NCBI GenBank assembly: GCA_002269645.1
Contig: NIVC01003472.1
Span: 32,223 to 96,222 of the forward strand
Source: Macrostomum lignano
Lineage: Eukaryota
Direction of reading: 5' to 3'
DNA length: 64,000 bases
Positions 62,901 to 64,000 of the stretch are shown one piece after another. The translations under genes were made by a program, and so were the position numbers. Numbering within the stretch: position 1 is the stretch's first letter; each line of letters begins with the position of its first letter. Below the pieces are notes generated by a model. It worked only from the letters and a program-made list of their open reading frames with translations, ran no database searches and was not told the origin of the DNA.

Positions 62901-63618
62901 GCGTCACTGCACATTTCTGTGGGAATGTTCCTTTATTCGAATGCCTGCGCCACAGTTAGTAAGCCTGCGTTCAATGAGTTTAACGCCGCCATTTTCAAGT
63001 TTCGCCAGGCTGCCCAAATATTTGACACAATATGCGGTGACCATGTCGGTGCAGCTATGGCTCAGGGAATGATCGCTGTACTGTACTTTAACCAAAGGCA
63101 GCTTGAAGATCAAGAGCATCGAGCACTAGAAGCATTTTCTGAGTGTCTCAGACTTGAAGTGTCTTTGTTACAAAACGATTGCATGTCGAGTCCTTGGTTG
63201 TGGAAGACGATCGAAGTGGTTAGGAAGTGTCGCTACTTGTTTCTTGGTTCCCATTCAAAGCATTTTCCAAAGTGGGACGTAATCACGAAGCACCTCGAGG
63301 TGAGTTGAAGTGCAAAATTCACAGTTTATTATTTTTATTCAAATTTATTTAGCTATCAACAAAAAAAGCAATACACTAGTTATGTGTGTTAAAACATTTT
63401 GTAGATGATCAGGGACCGAAACCTTCAGACTTTATTGACCGAAGATGATTGGAAAGAGTCTCTAGTACGAAGGCGCCAGTATTTTGGGAAATTTCTGGTA
63501 AGTTTTAAACTAGATCGAAGCAGCTCTTGAATACTGCATGTGACAGTAAAAGTTAGCTATGATGTTTGACACGAAACTGTCTTAATATTGCTTCTATTTA
63601 ATTTAACAGGAGTTCTAA
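59950..63618 (+). CDS. Unidentified large alpha-helical (TPR-like) protein gene, multi-exon
   Basis: Two long ORFs (59950-61371, 61941-63308), donor gag|gtgagt at 63299, clean phase-0 exon 63405-63497, possible terminal exon from 63610. The splice link between the two big ORFs is not resolved; they could be two genes. Confidence 0.55.
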
Positions 63619-64000
63619 CAACAAAAAAGTGTCTTTAGCAGCAAAGTAAGTTAAATTGTTTTAACGCGCCCCATTTTTACTTCTCTAAAGATGGATCTTG
63701 TCTTTACTTAGCATGGTGCTTGTATGGCGCACGAACAATAAAATCTTCCATTCGCATAATGTTTCATTTTTGTATCTCTGGGGTTCTATTTGGAAAAGTT
63801 TTCGTCCTCGTACTGGTATTTTGGCTAATGATTAGCCCATTATAGTTCCAATTGACGATACGAATTAAGTTTCGCGCTCGTGTTTTACCTTGATGGTGCC
63901 TGCCAATGAGATGCTTTTCTATTAAGGAGCAATGACGATGATTGCTTGAGAAAAGCATCATTTATAATAATTTTGCTGTAGATTGTATTATTGCTACCTT

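Overview
Eukaryotic (animal, invertebrate) genomic DNA: GC-richer spliced exons with GT-AG introns that are filled with minisatellites, SINEs and MITEs. The style resembles the flatworm Macrostomum, but the species is an inference. Host genes in order: 3' half of a metabotropic glutamate receptor (+), an MCT/SLC16-like MFS transporter (-), a small secreted two-exon kringle-domain protein partly missed by the ORF track (-), an MFSD8/CLN7-like transporter (-), an intronless R7BP/R9AP-like gene (-), a PAN + LamG-like pseudogene (+), a hydroxylysine-kinase-like gene (+), DNA topoisomerase I (+, 5 exons), and an unidentified helical/TPR-like multi-exon gene (+). Mobile DNA: a near-intact EnSpm/CACTA-type element (intact DDE transposase head-to-head with a 6-exon accessory gene), a young mariner inside a TOP1 intron satellite, a decayed mariner, a 4.2-kb non-autonomous Helitron carrying two satellite arrays, two tRNA-derived SINE families, and hAT-, MULE- and piggyBac-like MITEs. 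Most notable: the upstream region and start codon of the MFSD8-like gene are duplicated (inverted) in a TOP1 intron and split by the Helitron; two 28S rRNA target-site fragments share the same altered TTAA site; and an 11-14 bp motif recurs near three genes and is amplified into a tandem array. All coordinates and alignments were read by eye and family assignments are from recalled motifs, not database searches.
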